Below, one piece after another: positions 11,801 through 25,125 of a stretch of DNA of 64,000 bases. A program made the translations under genes and the position numbers. The DNA lies in contig NC_134026.1 in NCBI RefSeq assembly GCF_964204645.1, forward strand, positions 31,158,150-31,222,149. The letters run 5' to 3'. Numbering within the stretch: the first letter of the stretch is position 1; each line of letters opens with the position of its first letter. Under the pieces are notes generated by a model. That model was not told where the DNA came from, made no database searches, and was given only the letters and a program-made list of their open reading frames with translations. Source of the stretch: Tubulanus polymorphus. Its lineage: Eukaryota > Animalia > Nemertea.

Positions 11801-14800
11801 ATTTTTGCTGTTAGTGATTAGGCCTTATGTTCTATTAATGCACACGCATGACTTAAATTGGTCATAATTTCCATTACTCAAAGAGGACATCACAAGTGAA
11901 CTGAATCGTAGGAAAATGTTGCGGGATAAAGAAACATGAAATGTCCAGTCTATTGAAGGACTTGTGTCTAGTATATTATCTCTTTCAGTGCCCATGTGTA
12001 ATAAGAGAAAAACCCTCAGAGTGCCCATCATTGTTACCTAAAAAGTAGGAAAATCAATAGAAACTTTGGAGCTCCGTAGAGTGAAAACTGTAAGAGATAA
12101 AGCTTTATGGTAATTGAAAAGTTTGTAGGGTATGAATGACCCTTGGATAATTTTGGTGGTAATTTTTCTTACTGAAAGTGACGTCCTATGCAAATGAGCT
12201 AATTTGCATGAATTATAATCGGTGACCTATTTATTTGATAACCCCCTAAATTTCATGTATCAAAATGAACAAATCTGGTATCTAGCCTCAGCTAAAAGCT
12301 GACAATGGAATATTCTATGTCTACGGTCACAAATATATATTTTATGGGTAATTATAATTAGTAAATGAGCTAATAATTAAATCACGTGACCTCCGGATAA
12401 GTACCCGCTACTTTCAAACGCAAAAAACTCAAATATTTTGAATAGCAACACCACAAAAACGCAGCATAAAAACTTACTAACATTTAATCAAGCCATCTAG
12501 CGGCAGGTTTCTCCGCTGAATTCTATGCGACTAAACTGCTATAAGAAATGTCGATGAAAGTCGACAGGGCACTGTACGACCAGAAATAATCTGTAGACGA
12601 AAGTCGACTGGGCACTGAAAAAGTTATAGAAGGAATTTGGGGATTCACTACATGGTCAGATTGTATACAATACAAAGAAATTGATCATTTTGACCGCTAT
12701 TAGGCTCAATAAATCTTTTCATCAATTGATTTTTGCAATTCTTAAAAACCGGTAACTGCCTAATTAGGTATGAAAATAAAGGTGCCAAACTGTAGCGGAT
12801 TAGGCGGAGTCTACTGCATAATGAATACCACTTTAAAATGGCTGTGCATGGAATTTTGTTGATCTGAATAAATCAATCGTTGGTGTAAGATGAATTATAC
12901 ATTCTAGGTAAGTTATGCAATGAATATGTGGAGTACCGATAGGCCTATTGCTGACAATGAATATTCTATTGGGAATAATGAATTACAGCCATTTGTGTTG
13001 ATAGCTAAATATTGTTCTTCAAAATGAATGTATTATATTTGTAGTGAGTGTTGTTTCTGAAGGTGCAGTAGTGGGCAGTGTTGTGTGAAATGGTTTTTAC
13101 TGGTTTTAGATTCAGCGAAGTGAAATTATTTATGTCGTTTTTCTGTTTTAATTCATGCTGTAAATAGTTTAAACAATAAAATATTAAAAAATCAGTCATA
13201 ATTTTATCTTCATTTTTGATAAAATATAATATGTTATACACACTTGCCTCATGTTCAGGGGAAATAAAATGCAAATTCTCCCACTTATCGTGGATGGAGT
13301 GTGGCCCTGTATGCAATCAAAAAGTGTTCTACAAAATGATTGAATAGATTTCTGAAGTGTGGACAAATTTTTCACTCATCCAATTGAAAAGTAATTACTG
13401 AATAAAAGGGATTATCGATCAATTTTTTGTTTACAGCGCGACATCTGTTTTAAATTAGATCTTTTATCGTTGCAAAGTTTCCATTTCAATTGGTTGACAA
13501 ATGAAAAGTTATCATGCGTGTTATTCCAAAGAGGTTCCCAGATTTTGAAAACAAGGGTCATGGGTAACAATTCCATTGATTATTCATTATAATGTATAGT
13601 TTTTGTCACCTGGAACCTGGTACGTCATCACCCCCAGACAAAAATCAAGTGTATTTTTGATTCATGATTTGCTACCAAAATTGATTGTCGGTAATTATAG
13701 GATGTAATTTATTACAATCAGTAGTTCCAGTAATGAATTAACAAAAGTGTTAGTCGCCAGCAACTAGCAAAGTACCCGTCCACATACAGCGTTGGTTCTG
13801 AAACATATAAGTATATAAGACATAAAAATACCATTATTAAAAATTGTATTGAAAGATTCAATTATCAGCCTCACTGATGATATACTGTCGACTTATCGTT
13901 ATTATGTAATGGATGATGCAAATTATGAGAGCGGTAAAAAGTGAAGTTACAACAGCGTTAGTCGTACAACCATATCGTACAACCAGTGACATGATCACTT
14001 CTCACAAAATAAGCTTACGATTGCTTCCAAACATTCAAATGACCCTTCTTACCCTACTTTGTTCGTTCTTCCATCACGTCACATTCACCTATTGGATAAC
14101 TGCATCATTTTATAGGTTAATATCTAGAAATACGATAATTATATGCGAGCATGTCATTTATGTGTAATATGCATGATCCTTAATGTTTTTTTTTTCATTC
14201 CAGATTTAGACATCATAGACTCTATCAACCACGACCAGTCTGAAGCAGCCCGCAGAGCACTTCAAGAATTTAAAGAAATTTATACAAGGTGTGTATCTCT
14301 CTGCGGGCCTAAGGAACCAACTCCTCCAGAAATCATTCCACCTTTTGAGTTGGTTCCTTTGCAGGAGGTGGACCCTGCTTCTCCCGTAAATGTGGAGCAG
14401 GAGGTCGCCCCTGCAGTGGTGACCCCGACAGAGGCGCCACAGCTTCAGACGCCTTCACTGCGTCGGTCGCCCCGTCGTAATACAAAAGAAATAGATTATA
14501 CAGAAGGTACGGGGCGTCCGAAATCAAAAAAAAAAGGCAAACGTGCAGCTCGTCCTCCCCCACTTCCGCAACCAAATTTTGAGGAGGAGAGCAGTGATGA
14601 GGAGGAATTCGCCACTCCTGGAGCGCCACCACCAGGGCCCGCAACACCACCACCTCGCGATGATATTAGACCACCACGACGACCACGACAACCACCTGCA
14701 ACTACTACTAATTCTACTACTACTACCACTACTACCACTACTAAGAAAAGACGACCACGACCACCTACTTCAACTGCGACTAGTACTACTACAACTTCGA

Positions 14801-15069
14801 CAACTAGATCAAATAATACAAGAAATAGAAAAAGAAGACTTGAAGATGAAGAAAGTGATGATGATTACGAAAATAATAATACGCCCGCCCAGGCATCGAC
14901 ATCGGGCGCTCCAGCGGGGCCACCACCTTCCCCCGCTGTCGAGCTCATCGCGCGCGGCCCTGGTTGGTCAAGAAACATCGAGTATAAAGATCCTATTAGA
15001 ATGCTCCGCGATGTTGAAGGGGCCTTTAAAGGAAAATATCAATTAGTAAAACGTCGGCGAACACAATAG
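8802..15069 (+). CDS. Orphan spliced gene, 321 aa, with a helical N-terminal domain and a Pro/Thr/basic/acidic disordered region, probably nuclear. CDS = join(8802..8901,14204..15069)
   Basis: Exon 2 acceptor TTGCAG at 8677, ATG at 8802 and donor A|GTAAGT at 8901 (phase 1). The acceptor poly-T-CATTCCAG at 14203 resumes in phase 1 into the 308-aa ORF frame. Stop TAG at 15069 and AATAAA at 15272. Both coding exons are GC-richer than their flanks. Confidence 0.7.
9450..9835 (+). repeat. Minisatellite with alternating long/short units (TTAGTCAATAACTGGACTGCGGTGTAGTCCATATT core)
   Basis: Directly visible tandem repetition, and each unit contains a TGGACT...AGTCCA inverted repeat. Confidence 0.85.
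10364..10610 (+). repeat. 23-bp minisatellite, about 10 copies
   Basis: AGTTTACTCAGTATCCGGACCAC in tandem. Confidence 0.95.
11290..11510 (+). repeat. Diverged local duplication, second copy at about 13010-13160
   Basis: TGAAG.TGCAG..GTGG.C.GTGT.GTGTGAAATGGTTTTTAC and TGTCGTTTTTCTGTTT are shared in the same order. Confidence 0.7.
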
Positions 15070-15519
15070 TATAATATCAGCCCCTTCACTCGCCATCACC
15101 CGGGCAACAACATCAGCCCATGCACGTCTGCAGATCGGCACTTCTTGAAACTCAGTTTTCCCTTCCTCCTTCGTCGATCTGCAGGTTGCGCAGTGTTAAA
15201 TATCTGTCAACACTCCTTGAACCAGTGGGCGTGCAGTCCTTCCTTATTTTTATTTGAAAAAAATATGAAAAAATAAAAACCAGCCTTGTAAATATGGATT
15301 TTATGGAGTTTTACGGTTAATCTCCAAAAAAATTTAAAAAGATAAAAATATAAAAAAATTCATAATCATTTCATCAATTTATTTATTTTTTGGATGAAAG
15401 GAAATTTTTATCCATCATCTCATTCATATACATTTTATATCATTTATTTATTTCTTTTTTTTTTGACTGTACGTCCCACTGTGTTCCACACCATTTTTGT
15501 TCCGACCCATATTCATTAA

Positions 15520-15975
15520 GATTCATTGTGCTTCTCACAATGCTGAAGCATTTACCATCTTTGCTTCTACTTTGCAGTAGTAACCATCCATACCACCTGA
15601 TTGTGGAAGTAGCCTTCTTAGGAGTCATCTATCCTAATCCTATGGTCAGCCTTTTCAAATGTCTTTCGGGATATAGACCATCCTTGCTACTACTTCTATT
15701 ACAATACCTTATTATGAAGGTTCATTTTGCTTCTCATGATGCTGAAGCATTTACCATCTTTGCCACTACTTAGCAGCAGTAACCATCCATACCACCTGAT
15801 TGTGGAAGTAGCCTTCTTAGGAGTCATCAATTTTAATCCTATGGTCAGCCTTTTCAAATGTCTTTCGGGATATAGACCATCCTTGCTACTACTTCTATTA
15901 CAATACCTTATTATGAAGGTTCATTTTGCTTCTCATGATGCTGAAGCATTTACCATCCTTGTCACTACTTACTAC
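15520..15975 (+). repeat. 199-bp tandem repeat, about 2.3 copies
   Basis: ATGCTGAAGCATTTACCATC at 15540, 15739 and 15938. Confidence 0.9.
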
Positions 15976-16019
15976 TATGGTCGGCCGTTGTAAATCTCTT
16001 TCGAGATATGCAGGGAATC

Positions 16020-16240
16020 AATTCCTACAATAACTCCTATGGAGTTTGAAAAAAGTGGATTTTTCAAATCAAAAGGAACAGCTATGATTCACATAATGTG
16101 ATTCTTTATCGAACTTTATCGGAACATGGAGAAGGAATAGCTATGTTTCACACATAATGCGTTTCCTTATGAAGCTGAAAATAACGTGGAGAAGGAACAG
16201 CTATGTTTCACATAATGCGATTCCTTAGGAAACTACATTG
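16020..16240 (+). repeat. Degenerate tandem repeat of about 60 bp, 3-4 copies
   Basis: AAGGAA(C/T)AGCTATG(A/T)TTCACA...ATAATG recurring. Confidence 0.7.
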
Positions 16241-16883
16241 AAACAGATTGTTCAATGTTCCATGTTGCCCCCTCCCCCAAATACTATGACGTTTATACGT
16301 CAAGTGTAAAACCATTATATCGTTATTAACATATTCGTTTTTCTAATTACAGAATTAAAGATAAATTTAATATGACATGAAAACTTGAATGATTGAAATG
16401 TTAATATCTAATGCTCAACGACGGAGGGAAATCCTTCACATGTGATCGGAAGGATTTAAAATGTTTACTCATAAGGAAAAGGAATATATATTTATATACG
16501 TGAGATTGCCTGGATTAAAAATTGCACAAGAAAGGAAACCACAGCAAAGACTACGGTAATCAATTTCATTACATTTCTTGTGTGTGAAACCATCACCATC
16601 TGGATCGGTGATCAATGCATGAATTTATGAGTTCATAATTGAACATAGGATAGAATAGGAAAATGCAAAAATCTGCAAAAATGCATCGATTAAGAATCTC
16701 TGATAAAGAAAGTATAAAATAAAGATCTTGGATTGGAAAATTCGTTGTTATCACATCAGTGATCGGGTTTTACTGATTGATATTGATCTCTACTGATTCT
16801 AACGATCACCAGGATCAAGGGTTGAGAATTCAAAATTCTTGTTGATGATAAGTCTGCATCTCTTGTTGAGATCAATAAGGCAT

Positions 16884-17075
16884 ATGAGAGAGGAGGTCTG
16901 ATATATGAGAGAAGAGGTTCAGGGAGGTATGAGAGAGGAGGTTCAGGGAATAAAGAGTTTATGGAGATATGATAGAGGAGTTTATGGAGATATGATAGAG
17001 GAGTTTATGGAGATATGAGAGAGGAGTTTAGGGAGATATGAGAGAGAGGAGTTTAGAGAGATATGATAGAGGAGA
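16884..17075 (+). repeat. GA-rich minisatellite of about 22 bp
   Basis: GAGATATGA(T/G)AGAGGAGTTTA units. Confidence 0.85.
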
Positions 17076-18745
17076 TGGTCTAAAAGGAAAATTGTTAAGT
17101 TAATAACAATCGAGCAACTCAGTAATAGACGCCACTCTGACATAAGTAACTCCTGGTCCTCGATTGGGATCTAGATTGCAGGAATTGCGTTTAGCAATTG
17201 AAATATGGTTGATAGAGCGTGGAATTGTTTCCATGTAGGCGAGCAATGCACTAAACACACGTCAGATTAAGGCTGTTGAGAGTGAATTATCAATAGATGT
17301 AAGAAATCTACGATGAAGTTAATTGCAAGAGGTCTATCATTCATATTGCAGTTAATCAGATCAGGTTCTCAGGTGCTTCCTTGGTCCCCAAAAATGGCAT
17401 AAGTTGTATTAAAGTATGCGATATATTCTACAAATTTATTACATGAAATGTGGCTACTTGTAGTTTCTCAGCCACTTGGTAATTATTGTTGTGAAGAGGT
17501 CACGAAATCCAGCATCATCAATAGATTTCTACTCACTGAGATCCAGTCAGACTGCACATGTTGAACAGTTTGTTGTATTTTTGTGGTACCAGTTATTTCA
17601 CTTGCCGAGAATGAACAAAATTCCTAAATTTTGAGTCCTTCAGTGCTGAAATTCCAATTTAATACAAATTTTGAGTTCTTGATCTTAACTTTCCAAAAAT
17701 TTGAACTTTTCCTATCCTAATTTGTCCAAAATTTCATACCAGTTCTCAAAATTATTTGCAGTTTTTGAATATCTGCGGAATATGATTAATTATTTTCCTG
17801 GTTTCGTTTTTACTATTGCCCAAAATCATACCTTATATGAATTATTATCACTTATTTGATTCTTTCACTGATTGATTACAGGTCTTTTGGGGTTTGGTTC
17901 AATATTGTGATTGATCAAGGTGATCCATCTAAAACTATTTCATCGGCATCAATTTTGAAATATTCATATCTGAAAACAATTTCATTGATACTTCTAAACT
18001 AGTAATTCTAAAAAAATTCTAAAAACAATTTTACACGTATCTTAAGACCATTCTAGAAACGATTTTAAATTATTTCAATTCTAATGTAAATATTTTATCT
18101 GAATTTTAATCTATTAAAGAAACTATTTTATATCTGAATTTTAAAATACCTATGATATCTAAAAACTATTTTATCTTAATTTTAATCTATTAAAGTAACT
18201 ATTTCATATCTGAATTTTGAAATACCTATGATATCTAAAAACTATTTTATCTGAATATTATACTATTTCATTTGTATATATTTTATCTCAAAGTATCTTT
18301 TTAAACTGTTTTATTCGTATATATTTTAAAAAATATTTCATTTGTATATATATTCTTTTAAAACATTGTTTTATTTGTATTTCAATACTAACTAAAAGAT
18401 CAATTTAATGAAATATTTTATATTTGACTATCACTGTGTATATTCGAACCCCAGTGATTTCATGAGAATGGAATAACTGAAGGTCCAGGTTTTATCACCG
18501 AATACTCTTTGACACAATTACGTGGTCCACAACACAGATATAAATAGTGGTTATATAAAAGGCCCATGTTGTATATAGTGCACGCATAAAGAGCTTTTAC
18601 TCGTAGTTGATATAGGCTTTGTAAATATGAAATGTGATTGAGAACTTTTTCTCATACTTTCTTTTCCTTTTTTCTTATAATTTTATTATCAATTTTCTAC
18701 CAACAACAGAAAATGCACTCATTTTCAGTCGGTGTTTCACAATAA

Positions 18746-19215
18746 TGGAATGCAACAAATAAAAAAAAAAAGTGCAAGTGTATTTTTCATATGATATTTT
18801 CAGCATCTCGACGTATGAAATTGACGTAGATTATTGAAGCGTAGATTCAGAAAATCACTACTAGGTGGCGTGTCAGATTATTAGTTCAATGACATCAGAT
18901 AGATATAATAATACAACCACTTGTAGTACAAACAGTAACAACAAACTTTATTTTCCTGCACAATATACAAATCGTAGTAAAGTCCAATACTATCTTTGAA
19001 TTAGAACTTCCTCTAGCCTAAATGCTTGCAGTCATGTTATTATTTTTATTGGACATCATCTCAGTTTTTTAGTCTTTGAACGTAATGATAATCTATAGTA
19101 TTTTTGGAAATGATATAAAACAACGCTACTTTGATGTCATCATAACAAAATATGTCGCTGAAAACATCATATAGAAAATACACTCAGATTTTTTTATTTT
19201 ATTTATTTCGTTCCA
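18746..19215. mobile_element. Old MITE-like element with imperfect terminal inverted repeats of about 58 bp
   Basis: 18746-18804 (TGGAA...AGTGTATTTTTCATATGATATTTTCAGC) is the reverse complement of 19157-19215 (GCTGAAAACATCATATAGAAAATACACT...TTCCA). Confidence 0.65.
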
Positions 19216-19654
19216 TACAAAACCGTACTCAGTTCCACAGTTTGATTTGGATACAAGAATTTAAATACATACAATTGCACAACTGTTGAACTGGGATTTG
19301 TTAAATTGTGAGCATGACGTTTATAATTAATCACTAGTGTGTTTCAAGTTAGCCTTAGTTTAGATTAGTTTGTTTTTGTTAAGTCATTTTATTAATTTTT
19401 TTGCGGTTTTAAATTTAATTTGTTCCAGTTGATTTAAGTCTAGTTTAGTTTAAGTTTAAGTTTGTTTAGGTCAAGTTGATTAAGTTGTAACTATTGATGT
19501 TAACTTAAAGTATGTATAAACCTCTGATAAACTGAGGGTCAATTTATCTTATGATAAGTTACACTCAGGTTATTAATCACTAATCCCTTTTGAGATCTCA
19601 TTATTTTATGCAGTTCAGAGATTTTCACTGAATAAAATAGTAACATCTTGGAAT

Positions 19655-20510
19655 ATGATGAACTGAGGGTCAATTCATCAATGATGAAATAACTCTCAGG
19701 ATCATCAATAAAACAATGAATGAAATGAGGGTAAATTCATCATTGTTGAAATCACTCTCAGGATCATCATTAAAACAATGAATGAACTGAGGGTAAATTC
19801 ATCATTGTTGAAATCACTCTCAGGATCATCATTAAAACAATGAATGAACTGAGGGTAAATTCATCATTGTTGAAATCACTCTCAGGATCATCATTAAAAC
19901 AATGAATGAACTGAGGGTAGGTAAATTCATCATTGTTGAAATCACTCTCAGGATCATCATTAAAACAATGAATGAACTGAGGGTGAATTCATCATTATTG
20001 AAATCACTCTCAGGATCATCATTAAAACAATGAATGAACTGAGGGTAAATTCATCATTGTTGAAATCACTCTCAGGATCATCATTAAAACAATGAATGAA
20101 CTGAGGGTAAATTCATCGTTGTTGAAACTACTCTCAGGATCATCATTAAAACAATGAATGAACTGAGGGTGAATTCATCATTATTGAAATCACTCTCAGG
20201 ATCATCATTAAAACAATGAATGAACTGAGGGTGAATTCATCATTATTGAAATCACTCTCAGGATCATCATTAAAACAATGAATGAACTGAGGGTAAATTC
20301 ATCATTGTTGAAACTACTCTCAGGATCATCATTAAAACAATGAATGAACTGAGGGTAAATTCATCATTGTTGAAACTACTCTCAGGATCATCATTAAAAC
20401 AATGAATGAACTGAGGGTAAATTCATCATTGTTGAAATCACTCTCAGGATCATCATTAAAACAATGAATGAACTGAGGGTAAATTCATCATTGTTGAAAT
20501 CACTCTCAGT
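19655..20510 (+). repeat. 62-bp satellite, about 13 copies
   Basis: AATGAATGAACTGAGGGTAAATTCATCATTGTTGAAATCACTCTCAGGATCATCATTAAAAC in tandem. Confidence 0.95.
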
Positions 20511-21892
20511 TCATTGCAAATATTTTAGCGTTAACAGCAGTTTTAATTACCCCCTTGTTTTCTTGTTATTGATAGTTACATCAGAAGTTATAGAGTTTTT
20601 ATCTTTTTTTCACCGCTTTCAAGGTTCTCGTACACATTTCATGCAGCTTTTTCATTCAATATCAATATCATCTTCACTTGCCAGGTTTTAATTGTCGTCT
20701 GCCGAAGCTCATGCCAACATAAATCCTGGCTGCCAACTCTTCAGTGGTCTACTACATTGCTCAAGATTTCTTGGGTAGACAGGTTACCACTGAGCAGCCA
20801 CCAGTCTATGTATTAAGTCAATCAGATGCATTGTTTTTTCCCGATTCGCTACACACATGATTGACTAGATATAAAGACTGGTGGCCGCTTAGCAGCAACC
20901 TGTCGACCCGAGATAGCTTGGACAATGTAAGAGACCAATGAAGGGTTTGTGACTGGGGTTTGTGTAAGCGTGAGTGCCGGTGGGCGACAATAAAACCCTG
21001 GTGATTGGGGATGTATCGATGTACATATCAACACTCAAAAAGCCAAACATAATAGGCGGCATTATTATTGGGAGGTGCACCTGGCCTAATATACCGCGCG
21101 GTAAAAACCACTCTTTCTGTGGTTGTGTAGTACCAGTAATTGATGATCATCGAGTGAGTGATTGGCCTGGCCCAGTTATTCCATTCTGAAATCACTTGGG
21201 TTCCGATTATGATTGACAAATATAGAATATTTCATCAAATTGATCGACACATTTTATCCGTACTTGTACATATTGTAAATATGTAAATAGCTTTTTATTT
21301 GTATATATTATATTTCGTTTTAGATTTTTTTATTGATTTTGATTTCTACTTGTAAATATTTTTTAGATATCTTTTTATAACTTTGGATTATCTCAAATAA
21401 TCTTAAAAGTTTTAAATTTTCTAAACTTCATAATATCTATACATCAAATCTATTTTAGTGCAATTTTTGATATACATTTAATCGATAATTAATATTTTTA
21501 ATTCTATTGAATAATTTCAATATTCAAAACAACAGAATGAATGCATTCAATCTTAGTTTGATCCGGATATCACTTGTTGCATCTATTGTTTTAACGAGAT
21601 TTTAACCTATAAGTTTGGAGCATTGATATTATTTCATTGCATTAGTCCCGCCTCCTCATTTATGGCTGATGGTTGATTTCAGATTTTCAGCTTCTGATAA
21701 CATTAATATTAATTCAATGCTACGTTATGTTTTGTTGTTTTATTTCTTACGAACGTTTTCAAAGATGACTTTTTGTCGAATTGATATTTGGTAGTGCAGA
21801 GGTTGAGATAATTATACAATTTTATAGAATTGTCTAAAATACTGTACCTAGTAACATATAAGTAGTATTGCTAGTGTACCTCTATTTTCAAG

Positions 21893-22700
21893 TTGTCCTG
21901 TGGTACGACGTTAAACTGCCTCATTTTAACAATACGTTTTATCAGTGATTTTTATCTATTTGTCCTGTGGTACGACGTTAAACTGCCTCATTTTAACAAT
22001 ACGTTTTGTCCATACATTTTATCAGTGATTTTTATCTATTTGTCCTGTGGTATGACGTTAAACTGCCTCATTTTAACAATACGTTTTATCCATACATTTT
22101 ATCAGTGATTTTTATCTATTTGTCCTGTGGTATGACGTTAAACTGCCTCTTTTTAACCGTTTTTATCCATATGTTTTATTGTTTTTACCCATATGTTTTA
22201 TTGTTTTTATCGCCCCTTCTTTTTCTACCTTTCTCTATCCTTTCCCTCTCTGTCTCTATCCTTTCCCTCCCTGTCTCTATCCTTTCCCTCTCTGTCTCTA
22301 TCCTTTCCCTCTCTCTCTCCCTAACCCACTAACTCTCTTCCTCTTTTTCTAACCCACTAACTCTCTCCCTCTTTCTCTAACCCACTAACTCTCTCTTCCT
22401 CTTTCTTTAACCCACTAACTCTCTCCTCTCTCTCCTTTCTTCCTCTCACCCCTCTCCTTCATCCTTCCTCCTCTCTCCCTCCTCTCTCTCTCCTCACTCT
22501 CCTCTCTCACTCTTTCGCTCTCTTTCTATCTTGTAAATATTGTAAATTTGTAAATAGTAGTTTTTATTTCTCTTGTAAATATTGTAAATTTGTAAATAGT
22601 AGTTTTTATTTCTCTTGTAAATATTGTAAATTTGTAAATAGTAGTTTTTATTTCTCTTTTTAATTTTCTTGTAGATATTGTAAATTTGTAGATAGTAGTT
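21893..22700 (+). repeat. Cluster of short tandem repeats: a unit of about 79 bp (3-4 copies), a CT-rich low-complexity tract and a 43-bp TTGTAAATA unit
   Basis: TTGTCCTGTGGTA(C/T)GACGTTAAACTGCCTC repeats, a CT tract at 22230-22530, and CTTGTAAATATTGTAAATTTGTAAATAGTAGTTTTTATTTCT repeats. Confidence 0.85.
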
Positions 22701-22839
22701 TGTTTTTTTCTTTTTTCATAATTATCATCGGATCTCACATTATATACAACAGAACAATACAACAGAATGAATGCATTCAATCTTGGTTTCAAACTATTAC
22801 TTTTCACTTTTCACATACATTCGTAGCATTGATACCATT

Positions 22840-23500
22840 ACGTTGCAGTTCACTCCATTTGTTGCAGCTATGAACAATCATCTAATTGATTGTGCATACT
22901 TTCCCTTCACTGGTTTGAAATATTGTTTCCCCTCACTGGCTGAATTTCACTTAATTGGTTGCAGCTATGAACAATCATCTCATTGATTGCGCATACTTCC
23001 CCCTCACTGGTTGCAGTTCACTCCATTTGTTGCAGCTATGAACAATCATCTAATTGATTGTGCATACTTTCCCTTCACTGGTTTGAAATATAGTTTCCCC
23101 TCACTGGCTGAATTTCACTTGATTGGTTGCAGCTATGAACAATCATCTCATTGATTGCGCATACTTCCCCCTCACTGGTTGCAGTTCACTCCATTTGTTG
23201 CAGCTATGAACAATCATCTCATTGATTGTGCATACTTTCCCTTCACTGGTTTGAAATATAGTTTCCCCTCACTGGCTGAATTTCACTTGATTGGTTGCAG
23301 CTATGAACAATCATCTCATTGATTGCGCATACTTCCCCCTCACTGGTTGCAGTTCACTCCATTTGTTGCAGCTATGAACAATCATCTCATTGATTGTGCA
23401 TACTTCCCCATCACTGGTTGCAGTTCACTCCATTGGTTGCAGCTATAAACAATCATTTCAATGATTGTGCATACTTCCCCTCACTGGTTGCAGTTTTCAG
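22840..23500 (+). repeat. Higher-order tandem repeat with alternating subunits
   Basis: GTTGCAGCTATGAACAATCATCT(C/A)ATTGATTG(C/T)GCATACTT recurs with two alternating spacer types. Confidence 0.9.
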
Positions 23501-24439
23501 CTTTGGTTTGATGATGATAAATGCTGGTTTTATCATTGGCTCTACGCGAACAGTTATCAAAATGTTTGAAGCCTTTGCCAGACGTCGTGTGGGTTCGATG
23601 TCTCTAAGAAAAAGCTAAAAGGGTTTCGATTGGAATAAAGTTTGTTTCCTCCAGCAACAAACGTCCATAGTCTAGAATAAACTGATTTACGTTTGTAAAA
23701 AAGCTTTGATAGGTGTATGGCTACATTTCCTACAAGACTCCTCTCTCTCCTCTCTCATCACGAAATAAGTAAGACACAAATCTGAATACAATGAAAGTGT
23801 GTAAATTACTGCTAAATCAATTAGTGGTGATAAAAGTGCTACAAAACACTGAAAGTTGGTGTCTTGAAACAATAATACATGTAATGAAAAATTGATAGAT
23901 GTACTGATCTTGTGGTTTGTTCTACCTCCTTCCTCTGCTACGAGGTGATATATCGTGCCGTTTTTGTATACAATATAAAAATCATAGACATTTAAAATGT
24001 CGTGGTGGCATGGCTTCTCCTTTTGTTCTCTATAACTCCCGGTAATGGCCTTGCTATGACATCAAAGGAGTATCAAATACAGAAGATACTCCTTTCATCT
24101 CCTTTAAAAACGGCAAATACTGTTGTTTGCTACTACGGCAAGTACTGTTGTTTGCTACTGCATGTTGCTCATTCCACTCTGTTCTAAGGGTGATATTGAG
24201 TTTTGGAGTCTCTTCTCCTTCCCTTGCCTTCTTGAATTGTCAAATAGATGTGACTTACAATACTGATTACTTCCTTACTTGAAAACGACATGTTACTGAT
24301 GCTTGCTATCATTCAACTCTGTTTTGGTTGTGATATTGAGTTTTAAACGTTGTGTTAGGTGTACATGCCTCCTCTCCTCTCTCTCCTCTCTCATCAACAA
24401 TTAAATAAGACACTCATTGTTTGTATACATTTAGTTTTT

Positions 24440-24620
24440 TGCTGTGGTGATGAAAGTTAAGTGTTACAAAACACTGTGGGTGAATTACTGCTAAATCAAT
24501 TAGTGGTGATGAAAGTTAAGTGTTACAAAACACTGTGGGTGAATTACTGCTAAATCAATTAGTGGTGATGAAAGTTAAGTGTTACAAAACACTGTGGGTG
24601 AATGACTGCTAAATCATCAC
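24440..24620 (+). repeat. 59-bp satellite, left array (about 3 copies, plus a single diverged copy at about 23800)
   Basis: TGATGAAAGTTAAGTGTTACAAAACACTG(T/A)GGGTGAATTACTGCTAAATCAATT(A/G)GTGG. Confidence 0.9.
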
Positions 24621-25120
24621 TGATGACCTCCTACAATACTGCTGCTTGCTGCTGGATGTTAATTGATACACTCTGTTTAGGGGTGATATTGAGCGCAGGA
24701 GTCTCCTCCTTCCTTCTTCAACTGTCATGTAGAAATGTGACAAACAAACTGAATTGTCAGTTTGTTACAACACTGATGACCTCCTTTAATACTGCTGCTT
24801 GCTGCTGGTGTGTGTTAATTCTTACCTCCTTCCATGAACTTCTTGAATTATTACATTAAACATTATTACAATAAAAATTATTACATTAAACATTATAACA
24901 TCATGAATCATCCTCCTTAAATACTGCTGCTTGCTGCTGGCTCTGTTTTGGGGTGATATTGAGTGCAGGAGTCTCCTCCTTCCTTCTTTAACTGTCATGT
25001 AGAAACGCGACAAACAAACTGAATTGTCAGTGTGTTACAACACTGATGACCTCCTTTAATACTGCTGCTTGCTGCTGGGTGTTAATTAATACACTCTGTT
25101 ATGGAGTGATATTGAGTTTT
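24620..25120 (+). repeat. 153-bp repeat, left block
   Basis: AACTGTCATGTAGAAACG(T/C)GACAAACAAACTGAATTGTCAG...GCAGGAGTCTCCTCCTTCC units, the same as at 26470-27410. Confidence 0.85.
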
Positions 25121-25125
25121 GGCGA

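Noticed and set aside
14333-15046. Overlapping alternative-frame and antisense ORFs in the orphan exon
   Set aside because: They are by-products of GC-rich triplet-repetitive coding sequence and lack their own splice or start signals.
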